Virus record (IMG/VR): IMGVR_UViG_3300046170_000323
Direction: 5' to 3' (one strand)
Length of the DNA: 64,000 bases
DNA from: a virus
Lineage: Duplodnaviria > Caudoviricetes
The notes under the pieces were generated by a model. It was not told the origin of the DNA. It ran no database searches and worked only from the letters and a program-made list of their open reading frames with translations. Below, piece by piece: positions 1-7,771 of the stretch (positions are counted from its first letter, which is position 1; the number at the start of each line of letters is the position of its first letter). The position numbers were made by a program, and so were the translations under genes.

Positions 1-180
1 ATTTGACGCAGTTGTCAATGTGTAGGCATTAGGGTTAGCGTAAGTACCCGCCGTATCTGTCTGGATTATACAACGAGACTGTACTGTTCCGTTGATTGGT
101 GTGTCTTCAGCCGCCGCATAAGAAACACCAGAAGCTGCTATTGCAGTTAAAAATAAAGGTAGTCTTAGTTGTTTAAACAT
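1..180 (-). CDS. Secreted protein, partial (continues beyond window start); possibly pilin/SCPU-like beta-sandwich
   Basis: My translation from ATG at 180: MFKQLRLPLFLTAIAASGVSYAAAEDTPINGTVQSRCIIQTDTAG...; Sec signal peptide, RBS-like GGAG upstream; fold guess is weak. Confidence 0.7.
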   Translation of the reverse strand, partial: MFKQLRLPLFLTAIAASGVSYAAAEDTPINGTVQSRCIIQTDTAGTYANPNAYTLTTASN

Positions 181-216
181 GGAATTCTCCTGTTCCTTTT
201 TCTGATGGCATAACCA

Positions 217-1126
217 TCATCTATTATTATACTGCATGTCAATCATCTGTTCATGCAGCAGTTGTTGTGCTAGTCCATTCCTCAATCCACGTTTATTCTC
301 TGGTAGTTGTTTATCTAGTAGAACAACCGTATCATTATAATTCCCGCCTGGGATGGATTGGCCATAATATTGATTCATACTGACAGCTAAATTCATCGCA
401 TCAATTATCTGTGACTTCGCAACCGCCAGAGCAAACATTTCTGATGATCCTGCAGCAGCGAGTGCTTTTTCTAATCTATCGTTTCTTTCCTCGTCTTCTT
501 TTTCTTTCAACTCGGCTTTTTCTTCTTCAGTTAGTGACTCATCATCTTCATATCTTTTATCATCACCCTCGTAATCTCGTCTATCTGCATCACCACTATT
601 CAGCGCATCATAAATCTCGTAATCTACTTCTGGCGGTTCCACATAAGGAACTTCATAGTTAGGACAGTTTGGATCAAACTGTGGGTTGTAACATGGTTCA
701 ACTCTATATGTGTATATCACTCTTGCGTCAACAACTGTGCCTTCGCCCTCAACAGTGATAGAACCGTCACCTATTAAATCTCTGTGTATTCGTCCCAAAG
801 GAACGACTTTGTTAATTGTTTGTCCAGTAACACTTCCTGGCTTCCATTCGTCTACTTCCCGAAAGATGAACCCTGTTCCGTCTGCAGTTTTATTTGCGAC
901 AGTAACAGTCACCCATTCTCCAGTCTCTTTTTGCATCTGATAACTGTATATTACGTTATCAACAAAAACACCCTCTGGATCAGGTAACACATTGTTCATC
1001 ACCCAATTCAGATGATTGTCAACAATGGCATTTCCTGTATACCCATAATAAGGTGCAATACTCTCAGAGTAAGAGTAAGAGGGCCAACAGAGAACCACCA
1101 ATGATAGGAGCAGCTTTTCTCAGCAT
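217..1126 (-). CDS. Secreted acidic protein (~302 aa after removing one extra base at 1115-1118)
   Basis: ORF 217..1101; deleting one T of the run at 1115-1118 extends it to ATG 1126, giving the signal peptide MLRKLLLSLVVLCWPSYSYS. Confidence 0.75.
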
Positions 1127-1631
1127 CTATCGGGCCCATTTCCTTAAGTTCTTTTCTAGTTTCTTCAACGTGAGTTTCCCATCCTAGTTTCGCCGCCTCG
1201 CCTATCAATCCTTGATATGGGCAGGGCGTCCCTGCATTCATCATCGCATCAAACACTAAAGGATCTTGACACATGGTGCTTACCGCCGCCACTTTCATGC
1301 CCATATCATAAAGCGTCTTTGCATTTTTTAGTCGCTTACAGTTTTCTTCAGTGAACGTTCCCCCTGCAGAGATACCTAAGATCTGAGTCTGCACTGCACC
1401 AGCGACACCAATAGTACAGAGGTCACTATTGTTACCTGCACTAAATTGTGGTGAGATTGCTGATGGGGGTGGTTGTTCGATTCTCGTCGTCATGTTACCT
1501 TGTGTAGTAACAGTACTGTCCGTATCGGATCTTGTACATACGTATCCCTCTGGACACGTCACATCTTCCGCTTGAACAGGAACTGATAAACCAAGGTATA
1601 AAACCAACACACCTAGCAAAAGTCTGAACAT
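1064..1631 (-). CDS. Secreted Cys-rich protein with C-terminal hydrophobic tail (~188 aa after repair)
   Basis: GGAGA RBS before MFRLLLGVLVLYLGLSVPVQA signal peptide; PPPSAISP...LCT.GVAGAVQTQILG...NCKRLK...CPY motif; the same one-base repair gives the end KAAPIIGGSLLALLLLL*. Confidence 0.75.
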
Positions 1632-1689
1632 AATTTTCTCCATTCTATCTGACCATGTATAATTTTGCAAATCAACGCACTTGTCGAAC

Positions 1690-1697
1690 TATTTATA
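1690..1697 (-). promoter_or_regulatory. T4-type late promoter TATAAATA
   Basis: Exact match to the T4 gp55 late consensus, about 60 nt upstream of the secreted-protein genes. Confidence 0.7.
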
Positions 1698-1818
1698 CCA
1701 TTGAATACCCCACCTATCAATAATGTCAATAGTTTGACAGGCATAGTGACAAATATAGACCATTCAATTTTTTGACAAGAGAGTGTCAAATTATTTTCAA
1801 AAAAAGTTAAAAAAGGGC

Positions 1819-1846
1819 TTGACATTCTTGAAAAAATGATTATATT
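1819..1846 (+). promoter_or_regulatory. Sigma70-type early promoter P1
   Basis: A-tract, GGC-TTGACA-16 nt-TATATT, upstream of ORF 1881. Confidence 0.75.
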
Positions 1847-1880
1847 AAGAGTGTAAGTTAAAAAAGAAAGAGAGTCTCAT

Positions 1881-2111
1881 ATGAAAATGTTTATCAGTGC
1901 AGAACACGGTTTTGTCAAAGTCTACAAAGGCGTTAACAATGTTGTTGGTGGTGCAAAGACTGCAAAGGGTCTTGCATGGATCCTTTCGACTCACAAGGTT
2001 AATGACTACGATGTCTACTTCCAGAGTAGCATGGACTTTGCAGACGAAGAAGGTTTTGATCATCACGATGATGCGAAAAAGATCTGGGATGACGCTATGG
2101 AATTAATTTAA
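1881..2111 (+). CDS. Hypothetical early protein
   Basis: 76-aa ORF directly behind P1 with a purine-rich leader. Confidence 0.7.
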   Translation: MKMFISAEHGFVKVYKGVNNVVGGAKTAKGLAWILSTHKVNDYDVYFQSSMDFADEEGFDHHDDAKKIWDDAMELI

Positions 2112-2131
2112 AATAATTTCAAAAAAGGGGC

Positions 2132-2159
2132 TTGACATTCCCAGAAAAACGTGTATATT
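2132..2159 (+). promoter_or_regulatory. Sigma70-type early promoter P2
   Basis: AAAAAAGGGGC-TTGACA-16 nt-TATATT; same architecture as P1. Confidence 0.75.
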
Positions 2160-2190
2160 AGTACTGTAATCAAGAGAAAGCGAATCACCA

Positions 2191-2274
2191 ATGAAAAACC
2201 TAGTTATCAATCTTGCTTCTGATCTAATGACCATTGCGTGTCTCGCTGGTCTCGTAATCTACTTCATGTCTTAA
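2191..2274 (+). CDS. Small hydrophobic peptide (27 aa)
   Basis: MKNLVINLASDLMTIACLAGLVIYFMS*, directly behind P2; below the ORF-track cutoff. Confidence 0.5.
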   Translation: MKNLVINLASDLMTIACLAGLVIYFMS

Positions 2275-2284
2275 GGAATATATC

Positions 2285-2458
2285 ATGGACGCTATGCAAC
2301 AAGAACTTCAAAATTATATCTCTGCCTGTGACAACAACATCGCCTCTTATAGAAGTATGGAAGATGTTGATCACGCTGCGATTGCGGCTGCAGAGTCAAT
2401 GAAAAACGAATTCGAAATAATGTTACAACAACTTGAATCAGCTATGGAGTATGAATAA
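2285..2458 (+). CDS. Hypothetical protein (57 aa)
   Basis: MDAMQQELQNYISACDNN...; AAGGA RBS; stop overlaps next ATG (TAATG). Confidence 0.6.
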   Translation: MDAMQQELQNYISACDNNIASYRSMEDVDHAAIAAAESMKNEFEIMLQQLESAMEYE

Positions 2459-2766
2459 TGACTAATACAGTAGAAAACATCGTCGACGGTATTATCGACT
2501 TCTGTGCCTATGTAGAAGACTTCTACGGTGTAGGTGGGGTTTATGACATGGGTGCGACACCTGCGCACATCATTGAAGCCACTCAAAAATACATCGATCA
2601 AGTCGGTACAAATCCAGAGGACAGTTTCTCTTTTGCTGGTGACTCACTTGACCGTGAAAAGGTACGTGACATCATGATCGAAGATTTCGGTCTGGTTTTC
2701 CCAGAAAGCAATAGTGCATTTCCCAAAATAATCATTGGGGTTGATGACTATGAACCTGCGAATTAA
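2458..2766 (+). CDS. Hypothetical protein
   Basis: 102-aa ORF coupled to the upstream gene, GGAG RBS. Confidence 0.7.
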   Translation: MTNTVENIVDGIIDFCAYVEDFYGVGGVYDMGATPAHIIEATQKYIDQVGTNPEDSFSFAGDSLDREKVRDIMIEDFGLVFPESNSAFPKIIIGVDDYEPAN

Positions 2767-2790
2767 TTTGAAATTAATTCAAATAAAGGC

Positions 2791-2819
2791 TTGACATTGC
2801 CTCTAAAATGTCGTAGAAT
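2791..2819 (+). promoter_or_regulatory. Sigma70-type early promoter P3
   Basis: AT-rich upstream element, GGC-TTGACA-17 nt-TAGAAT. Confidence 0.75.
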
Positions 2820-2849
2820 ATGTTTGTAAGTTGAGAAAAGGAACACATC

Positions 2850-3155
2850 ATGACACAAGTTGCAGTTATCCACGCCGCCTTCGAAGAAACACCACGTACT
2901 GTTGCGTTGGTAGAAGTCGGTGATCGTAAAGGTACTTCCGCTTTGGAATATGCGTATCGTTGGACACAGAACATCATGGACTCTTGGTCTTTGAAGATGG
3001 AAGCCGATGGTAACGATGCCGTTACTGTTGTCGGTGAACTTCCAGAACACGAAGGTAGAAAGTTTGGTTTGCGTTCGACATCTATGGGTGACCATATGTT
3101 GTTGGGAAACACCAAATACAAAGTTGCAATGGTTGGATTTGAGGAACTTGCATAA
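2850..3155 (+). CDS. Hypothetical protein, YodL-like C-terminus
   Basis: RSTSMGDHMLLG...YKVAMVGFEEL resembles the YodL-family RSLSVxD...GF motif as I recall it; AAGGA RBS. Confidence 0.5.
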   Translation: MTQVAVIHAAFEETPRTVALVEVGDRKGTSALEYAYRWTQNIMDSWSLKMEADGNDAVTVVGELPEHEGRKFGLRSTSMGDHMLLGNTKYKVAMVGFEELA

Positions 3156-3694
3156 TGTCAGAACTTATCAATTATATTGAGGCGCAGAACGCCAAAACTC
3201 AGGTTTGGATGGACGAAGATCCAGACAACCGTTGGGGTGGTATGATTACCACTGATGAAGCCTTCTGGAATGAAGGTGGTATTTTCACAGTCGACGATTA
3301 CGTACGTGATCAGTTGGTCTGTACTATTCGTGAATGCAGTAAAGCTGCATACGGTTCCAAGATCAATCTTGATTGGGACACTTACACCACTTCACAACTT
3401 GAAGAGATGGCAGATGAATATGGTGATGCCGCCTCTCGTCAGTTCGATGAAGACAAAAGAATTGAAGAGGAGAATGTTGCAAAGTTCGAAGGTACTGTTA
3501 CCGAACTTATGACATCTAACTCTGTTGATCGTGAGACAGCGATCCGTTGGTTACTTGAGGCTCAGTGTTTCACTGAGTATGACCTCATGTATGGAGGCAG
3601 TTATGCCTGTTACGATATGAACCTTCCTTACTCGTATGAGAAGGAGTTCAATTCTATTATGTCAACTATGGAACCTGCGAAGGAGGCAGCTTAA
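3155..3694 (+). CDS. Hypothetical acidic protein
   Basis: 179-aa ORF coupled by TAATG. Confidence 0.75.
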   Translation: MSELINYIEAQNAKTQVWMDEDPDNRWGGMITTDEAFWNEGGIFTVDDYVRDQLVCTIRECSKAAYGSKINLDWDTYTTSQLEEMADEYGDAASRQFDEDKRIEEENVAKFEGTVTELMTSNSVDRETAIRWLLEAQCFTEYDLMYGGSYACYDMNLPYSYEKEFNSIMSTMEPAKEAA

Positions 3695-3695
3695 T

Positions 3696-3911
3696 ATGAG
3701 TAATCAACGTAGTGGTAAGTGGAAACCAGCATCGATGAATGATGGGGGTCAGATCAATGAAATGACTCTTGTCACATTCTTCAAATCCGCAAAAGAAGTT
3801 CTTGAACGTGAAGGTCATGAAGACACTGCATTCTATTTTGAACAGTGTGAAGAATGGTTACGTTCGGGTAAAAAAATCACTAGTGACGCTGGAAGGATTC
3901 TTGGTCTATGA
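3696..3911 (+). CDS. Hypothetical protein
   Basis: Start reassigned to ATG 3696 (MSNQRSGKW...), right after the upstream stop and behind an AGGAGG sequence. Confidence 0.65.
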   Translation: MSNQRSGKWKPASMNDGGQINEMTLVTFFKSAKEVLEREGHEDTAFYFEQCEEWLRSGKKITSDAGRILGL

Positions 3912-4081
3912 GTGACTTTTCGGAGTTGGTAGAAAATCTTCGTAAAATGCAAGAACGAGAAGAGATTGAGGGTCTACCCGATTCTGTTCTCGAACTTACA
4001 GGCCAGGCGAAGGAAAAGTTGGACGCACTTGTCAGTGCATACATGAACGATGAGGATGTCGAAAATGGTCAAACCAGCTGA
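3908..4081 (+). CDS. Hypothetical protein (57 aa)
   Basis: MSDFSELVENLRKMQERE...; ATGA overlap with the upstream stop. Confidence 0.55.
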   Translation: MSDFSELVENLRKMQEREEIEGLPDSVLELTGQAKEKLDALVSAYMNDEDVENGQTS

Positions 4082-4322
4082 GGTGGGTACTATAAAGGTA
4101 GAGGATCTCTTCGAAGAAATCGAAGGTGATCCAGACAATGTCATTATGAAACTTCCACCTGTAATAATGGAATCTTTAGGGCTTGACATTGGTGATACTC
4201 TTGTGGTAGAATATGGCACAAATGGTTTGGTACTTCGAAAGAAAGAAGAACATCCCACTAAAGAATATGAAACTGCTCGGGGAAATCTAATAGATAAGAA
4301 CGTCCCACCAGAATTTGATTGA
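4065..4322 (+). CDS. AbrB/MazE/SpoVT-like DNA-binding protein
   Basis: VIMKLPPVIMESLGLDIGDTLVVEYGTNGLVLRKK fits the swapped-hairpin pattern (LP..I...LG...GD.L); GAGGA RBS before ATG 4065. Confidence 0.65.
   Translation: MVKPAEVGTIKVEDLFEEIEGDPDNVIMKLPPVIMESLGLDIGDTLVVEYGTNGLVLRKKEEHPTKEYETARGNLIDKNVPPEFD
4183..4212 (+). promoter_or_regulatory. Sigma70-type promoter P4 embedded in the AbrB-like CDS
   Basis: GGGC-TTGACA-18 nt-TAGAAT with extended TG; shares the GGCTTGACATT core with P1-P3. Confidence 0.5.
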
Positions 4323-4333
4323 GGAGATATATA

Positions 4334-4510
4334 ATGAGTAAAGTTGGACAATGGGTAATGGAGATGCAAGAAGACGCTGCATGGATGCCTAAACCTGTCT
4401 TCGTTCGTAAACATGGTGTTACCCAACAAGATGTTTGGGAACAGATTCAAAAAGAAATGAATGGTGAGTTCCCATACGAACCAGATCCAGAACAGTTCGC
4501 CTATTCTTAA
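4334..4510 (+). CDS. Hypothetical protein
   Basis: GAGGAG RBS; MSKVGQWVMEMQEDA... Confidence 0.7.
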   Translation: MSKVGQWVMEMQEDAAWMPKPVFVRKHGVTQQDVWEQIQKEMNGEFPYEPDPEQFAYS

Positions 4511-5020
4511 ATGTTGGTATCGAATACAGATAGAACCAAATGGGGTTCCTATGGTGATAGGAAAGACTCCTTTGATGATGAAAAGGAAATTGATGCATTC
4601 ATTAGAGGCGTAAAGAAGAACGCCAGTTTGTTGGATCACATTGGTGATGCGGTTGGACGTGAACCAATGCATTTCAGGCCTCACTTCTATGGGCAGTATG
4701 GTGTTGATTTATCTTTAGTCGACGAGAACAACAATCCAGTGGTAGACTTTGAATTTGAAAGATGGTCTGCATGGGATAAAGAGTGGCCTGCGTACTATCG
4801 TCACATTCACTTCCTCGGCCGAAAGAATAAATACTTGCTCGAGGATCGTCCGTTCTTCATGGTTTTCTTGAATTACTCTCGTACGAAATGTCTAGTTGTA
4901 GAAAAAGAAGTTATACTACAGTACCCGACGATCACTAAAAAATTCAAAAAGAAAAACGTGTCAGACAAGGTAAGAGAATTGCCTTTGCATCTGTCTGAAG
5001 GAAGGACTTTTGTGTTATGA
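4511..5020 (+). CDS. PD-(D/E)XK-like nuclease-fold protein
   Basis: GVDLSLVD...VVDFEFER resembles the restriction-endonuclease D...(D/E)xE/K core. Confidence 0.5.
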   Translation: MLVSNTDRTKWGSYGDRKDSFDDEKEIDAFIRGVKKNASLLDHIGDAVGREPMHFRPHFYGQYGVDLSLVDENNNPVVDFEFERWSAWDKEWPAYYRHIHFLGRKNKYLLEDRPFFMVFLNYSRTKCLVVEKEVILQYPTITKKFKKKNVSDKVRELPLHLSEGRTFVL

Positions 5021-5145
5021 AGGATTTGATTTATATCGTCGCTGGGGTGATAACAATAGGTTTGGTAGTTGCACTACTAATGCATATGTGGAGAGACTGT
5101 CTTAATGATCATTCAATATTTACTTGTATGAGGATGCTTCGTTAA
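5017..5145 (+). CDS. Small membrane protein (42 aa)
   Basis: MKDLIYIVAGVITIGLVVALLMHMW...; overlaps both neighbours at their stop/start codons. Confidence 0.55.
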   Translation: MKDLIYIVAGVITIGLVVALLMHMWRDCLNDHSIFTCMRMLR

Positions 5146-5756
5146 TGTTCACCAATTACCATGTAGTTGGGTTACAACGATCTGGTACGAATTGGATACA
5201 CAGATTGATGGAACACAACTTTCCAGATATTCCATGTTACTCAAATCAGGCTCATTGGAAACATCTCACACCATTGGGTATCAATCCAGATTGGGTTGAA
5301 AACAGGCATGGTAAAGAACAGAAAGCGTTTGGATATTTTCCAGGCGCATTTGATCTTCAGAACCTAGAACTTGAAAATCAATCAATTCTGTTTATTGGAA
5401 CACACAAAACGTTGGATGTTTGGAAGGCGTCAATCCGTAGACGGAAAGTTGATTTTATTCAAACTCACAACCACCCAGACAAAGGAGCTGCAAAACATTT
5501 AATGGAAGCATCTTTAAACTGCGTCTGGAATTCTTGGGAAAGTTGGAGACAGGACTCAATGAGTAAACCTAATTTCTATTACAGGGATTACCAAGACTGG
5601 TTCGAAAACTGGAATATATATCTGAGAGATATTCAGAACATCACTGGATGGAAACCATCAACTGCAAAATGGGAAAACGTTGATAAACATACTGTTCCAT
5701 TTTCAAAACAATTTAACCCTAATTTTTATGTAAAAGGAGACAAAAATGTCGTTTGA
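5145..5756 (+). CDS. Sulfotransferase-like (PAPS-binding P-loop) protein
   Basis: N-terminal HVVGLQRSGTNW matches the 5'-PSB loop (xxRSGT); GAGGA RBS before ATG 5145. Confidence 0.6.
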   Translation: MFTNYHVVGLQRSGTNWIHRLMEHNFPDIPCYSNQAHWKHLTPLGINPDWVENRHGKEQKAFGYFPGAFDLQNLELENQSILFIGTHKTLDVWKASIRRRKVDFIQTHNHPDKGAAKHLMEASLNCVWNSWESWRQDSMSKPNFYYRDYQDWFENWNIYLRDIQNITGWKPSTAKWENVDKHTVPFSKQFNPNFYVKGDKNVV

Positions 5757-6006
5757 ATGGCCTCGAATTTATAAATGGGAAGAACGCATCGAATCAGAAG
5801 TTACTGATACGGTTTATGAATATGTGTTCGAACATTATGGTGTTTCAGAGATCACCGAAATTTCCGAAGAACAGATCCGTGAAATTGAAAACTTCCGTGA
5901 TCATGATCTGGGAGAATACTCACCATTCCAAATTGGATTCAGTAATCTAATCAACTCTCACGAATCTGAAATGTGGGAAATGGAAGAGCGTGAAGACGAT
6001 GAGTGA
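5746..6006 (+). CDS. Hypothetical acidic protein
   Basis: 86-aa ORF, AAGGAG RBS. Confidence 0.7.
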   Translation: MSFEWPRIYKWEERIESEVTDTVYEYVFEHYGVSEITEISEEQIREIENFRDHDLGEYSPFQIGFSNLINSHESEMWEMEEREDDE

Positions 6007-6247
6007 TGAACAAGACTTCGATAGTGCTGAGGCAGAAGTCATGTCTTTCATCGAACGTCTCGAACGTTTAGATGAACAGTTACTTGATCTTCGTGGGGAT
6101 GTAAAATCTGTATGCGAAGAAGCAAAGGCACGAGGATACGAACCTAAGATCCTCAAAAAAATTGTATCACTAAGGAAACGTGATGCAGATGACATCGCCA
6201 ATGAAGAGGCGTTGTTGGAAACATATATGAAAGCAATAGGAATGTAA
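5999..6247 (+). CDS. gapR: GapR/DUF2312 (UPF0335) nucleoid-associated DNA-binding protein
   Basis: SFIERLERLDEQ...DVKSVCEEAKARGYEPKILKKIVSLRKRD...EEALLETYMKAIGM matches the GapR consensus (IERIERLEEE...AK..G.D.K..R..I..RK......E...L..Y..ALGM). Confidence 0.9.
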   Translation: MSDEQDFDSAEAEVMSFIERLERLDEQLLDLRGDVKSVCEEAKARGYEPKILKKIVSLRKRDADDIANEEALLETYMKAIGM

Positions 6248-6249
6248 TC

Positions 6250-6621
6250 ATGTCAAAAAAACAGAACACACAGAGACCCATTGGATGGGCAACCACACTA
6301 ACTGAAATTGCAAGTATTCCACGTGATATGTGGGACAGCGTCATGACAATAGAAAAGTCACCACTACGTAATCTAGACCCTATGGTAGGACACATGATCT
6401 TTCAGTGTCTATTCTTTATCTGGAGTGGTATCTTTGCCCTGATGGTAGGAAGTTATCTTGCGTTTGGTATCAGTGCGGCCTTTCACTTACTGCTTATCAG
6501 TGGTATTACAATTACAGTTGTAACATTTCGTCAAGCAGAAAACAATCCAGAATCACTCAACAACATTTTGAAATCAGGCCGTAAATATGACGGACGAGCA
6601 AATGGTGGTGAACACGAATAA
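6250..6621 (+). CDS. Small multi-pass membrane protein of unknown function
   Basis: WDSVM...SPLRNL...MIFQCLFFIWSGIFALMVGSYLAFGISAAFHLLLISGITITVVTF; 2-3 hydrophobic helices. Confidence 0.75.
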   Translation: MSKKQNTQRPIGWATTLTEIASIPRDMWDSVMTIEKSPLRNLDPMVGHMIFQCLFFIWSGIFALMVGSYLAFGISAAFHLLLISGITITVVTFRQAENNPESLNNILKSGRKYDGRANGGEHE

Positions 6622-6773
6622 TGTTTTATGTAGTGAATATAAAGTCTGGTGGCATCATAGATGTCTATGACAGTTTGGGTGAAGCAAGTGAACTTGTTGA
6701 TAAACATCCAGAATGGACGATCATGATAAAATACAATGATCGATCAAGACTTAGAAACAAATATGGAGACTGA
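6621..6773 (+). CDS. Hypothetical protein (50 aa)
   Basis: MFYVVNIKSGGIIDVYDSL...; TAATG coupling. Confidence 0.55.
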   Translation: MFYVVNIKSGGIIDVYDSLGEASELVDKHPEWTIMIKYNDRSRLRNKYGD

Positions 6774-6775
6774 AC

Positions 6776-6946
6776 ATGAGTGAACAAACAAATTATTGCA
6801 CAACCAAAGGTTTGGGTTGGGCATTCTTAGTTGTTGTTTTAATGATTGTTGTTGTACCAGTATTAATGTTAATGTCAATGGTGGGACTTGAAGAATATGG
6901 ACGTTATTGCAATCTCAACATCTTACCTTGCTTTGGTCTGAACTAA
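6776..6946 (+). CDS. Small single-pass membrane protein with three Cys (56 aa)
   Basis: MSEQTNYCTTKGLGWAFLVVVLMIVVVPVLMLMSMVGLEEYGRYCNLNILPCFGLN*; GGAG RBS; missed by the ORF track. Confidence 0.65.
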   Translation: MSEQTNYCTTKGLGWAFLVVVLMIVVVPVLMLMSMVGLEEYGRYCNLNILPCFGLN

Positions 6947-7125
6947 TGCATATCGTTAGAAAAAAATCTGGTGAAATTATTGCAATCGCATCACGATACG
7001 AAGATGCTATTGCAATTGCAGATGGAACACGAATTGATAAAACCGAATACGTAGTTCAAGAGTCAACCGACCAACAAGAACTCGCAGAAGTCTATCGATC
7101 TTATTATGGAACGAGATCACTATGA
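6946..7125 (+). CDS. Hypothetical protein
   Basis: Start reassigned to ATG 6946 (MHIVRKKSGEII...) through TAATG coupling. Confidence 0.65.
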   Translation: MHIVRKKSGEIIAIASRYEDAIAIADGTRIDKTEYVVQESTDQQELAEVYRSYYGTRSL

Positions 7126-7328
7126 CCGATGATGAAGTACGTGCATCCGCTCAGAAAGAAGCGGAGAAAACATTTGAAGGTTTTATATTATGGTCTAAAA
7201 GAACTACCTATGCCTCAATCGCATTCTTATTGATTGTGGCATCGTGTAACTTTGGGGTAGAGGACGACACCTATCCTGCCTATAACGGCGAACAATATAA
7301 TCCGTCCAATCTTAATGTAAAGAAATAA
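7122..7328 (+). CDS. ctaH: aa3-type cytochrome c oxidase subunit IV-like peptide (COX4_pro_2 family)
   Basis: QKEAEKTFEGFILWSKRTTYASIAFLLIVASCN parallels the Rhodobacter/Paracoccus subunit IV pattern (Q)EKTFxGF followed by one TM helix ending near N. Confidence 0.65.
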   Translation: MTDDEVRASAQKEAEKTFEGFILWSKRTTYASIAFLLIVASCNFGVEDDTYPAYNGEQYNPSNLNVKK

Positions 7329-7342
7329 AGATAGGAAACAAA

Positions 7343-7771
7343 ATGAAAAATCTAATTACTGCTAGTCTTATGGCACTTTTCGCAACATCAGCATACGCTG
7401 AAGATATGACTATTGAAATGTTGAATAAACGTGACGATGGTGCAAAGATGGTATACAGTGAAGATATCGCACTTATTGACGTAGGTGATACAATCACGTG
7501 GGTTCCAACTTCAAAAGGACACAATGTAGAATTCATTGCTGGCCCAGATGGATGGGATGCACCAAAGAAATCAAAACTTAATAAAGAAGTGGCAATTACA
7601 TTTGACACGCCAGGCGTTTATCTGTATCAGTGTACACCACACAAGTCAATGGGTATGATTGCCATTGTAGTTGTAGGTGAGTTGACACAAGAAGGTGTTG
7701 ATGCAATTAAAGGTGCCAAAGTAAAAGGCAAATCAAAGAAGAAATTCAAGGGGTTGTTGGCTGATCTATAA
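7343..7771 (+). CDS. paz: Pseudoazurin (type 1 blue copper protein)
   Basis: Sec signal peptide; IEMLNK...MVYSED...VGDTITWVPTSKGHNV; all four Cu ligands present (H in GHNV; C, H and final M in YQCTPHKSMGM); Lys-rich C-terminal helices. Confidence 0.93.
   Translation: MKNLITASLMALFATSAYAEDMTIEMLNKRDDGAKMVYSEDIALIDVGDTITWVPTSKGHNVEFIAGPDGWDAPKKSKLNKEVAITFDTPGVYLYQCTPHKSMGMIAIVVVGELTQEGVDAIKGAKVKGKSKKKFKGLLADL

Noticed and set aside
3974-4684. 236-aa minus-strand ORF
   Set aside because: It is antisense to coupled plus-strand genes with good RBSs and has no recognisable motifs
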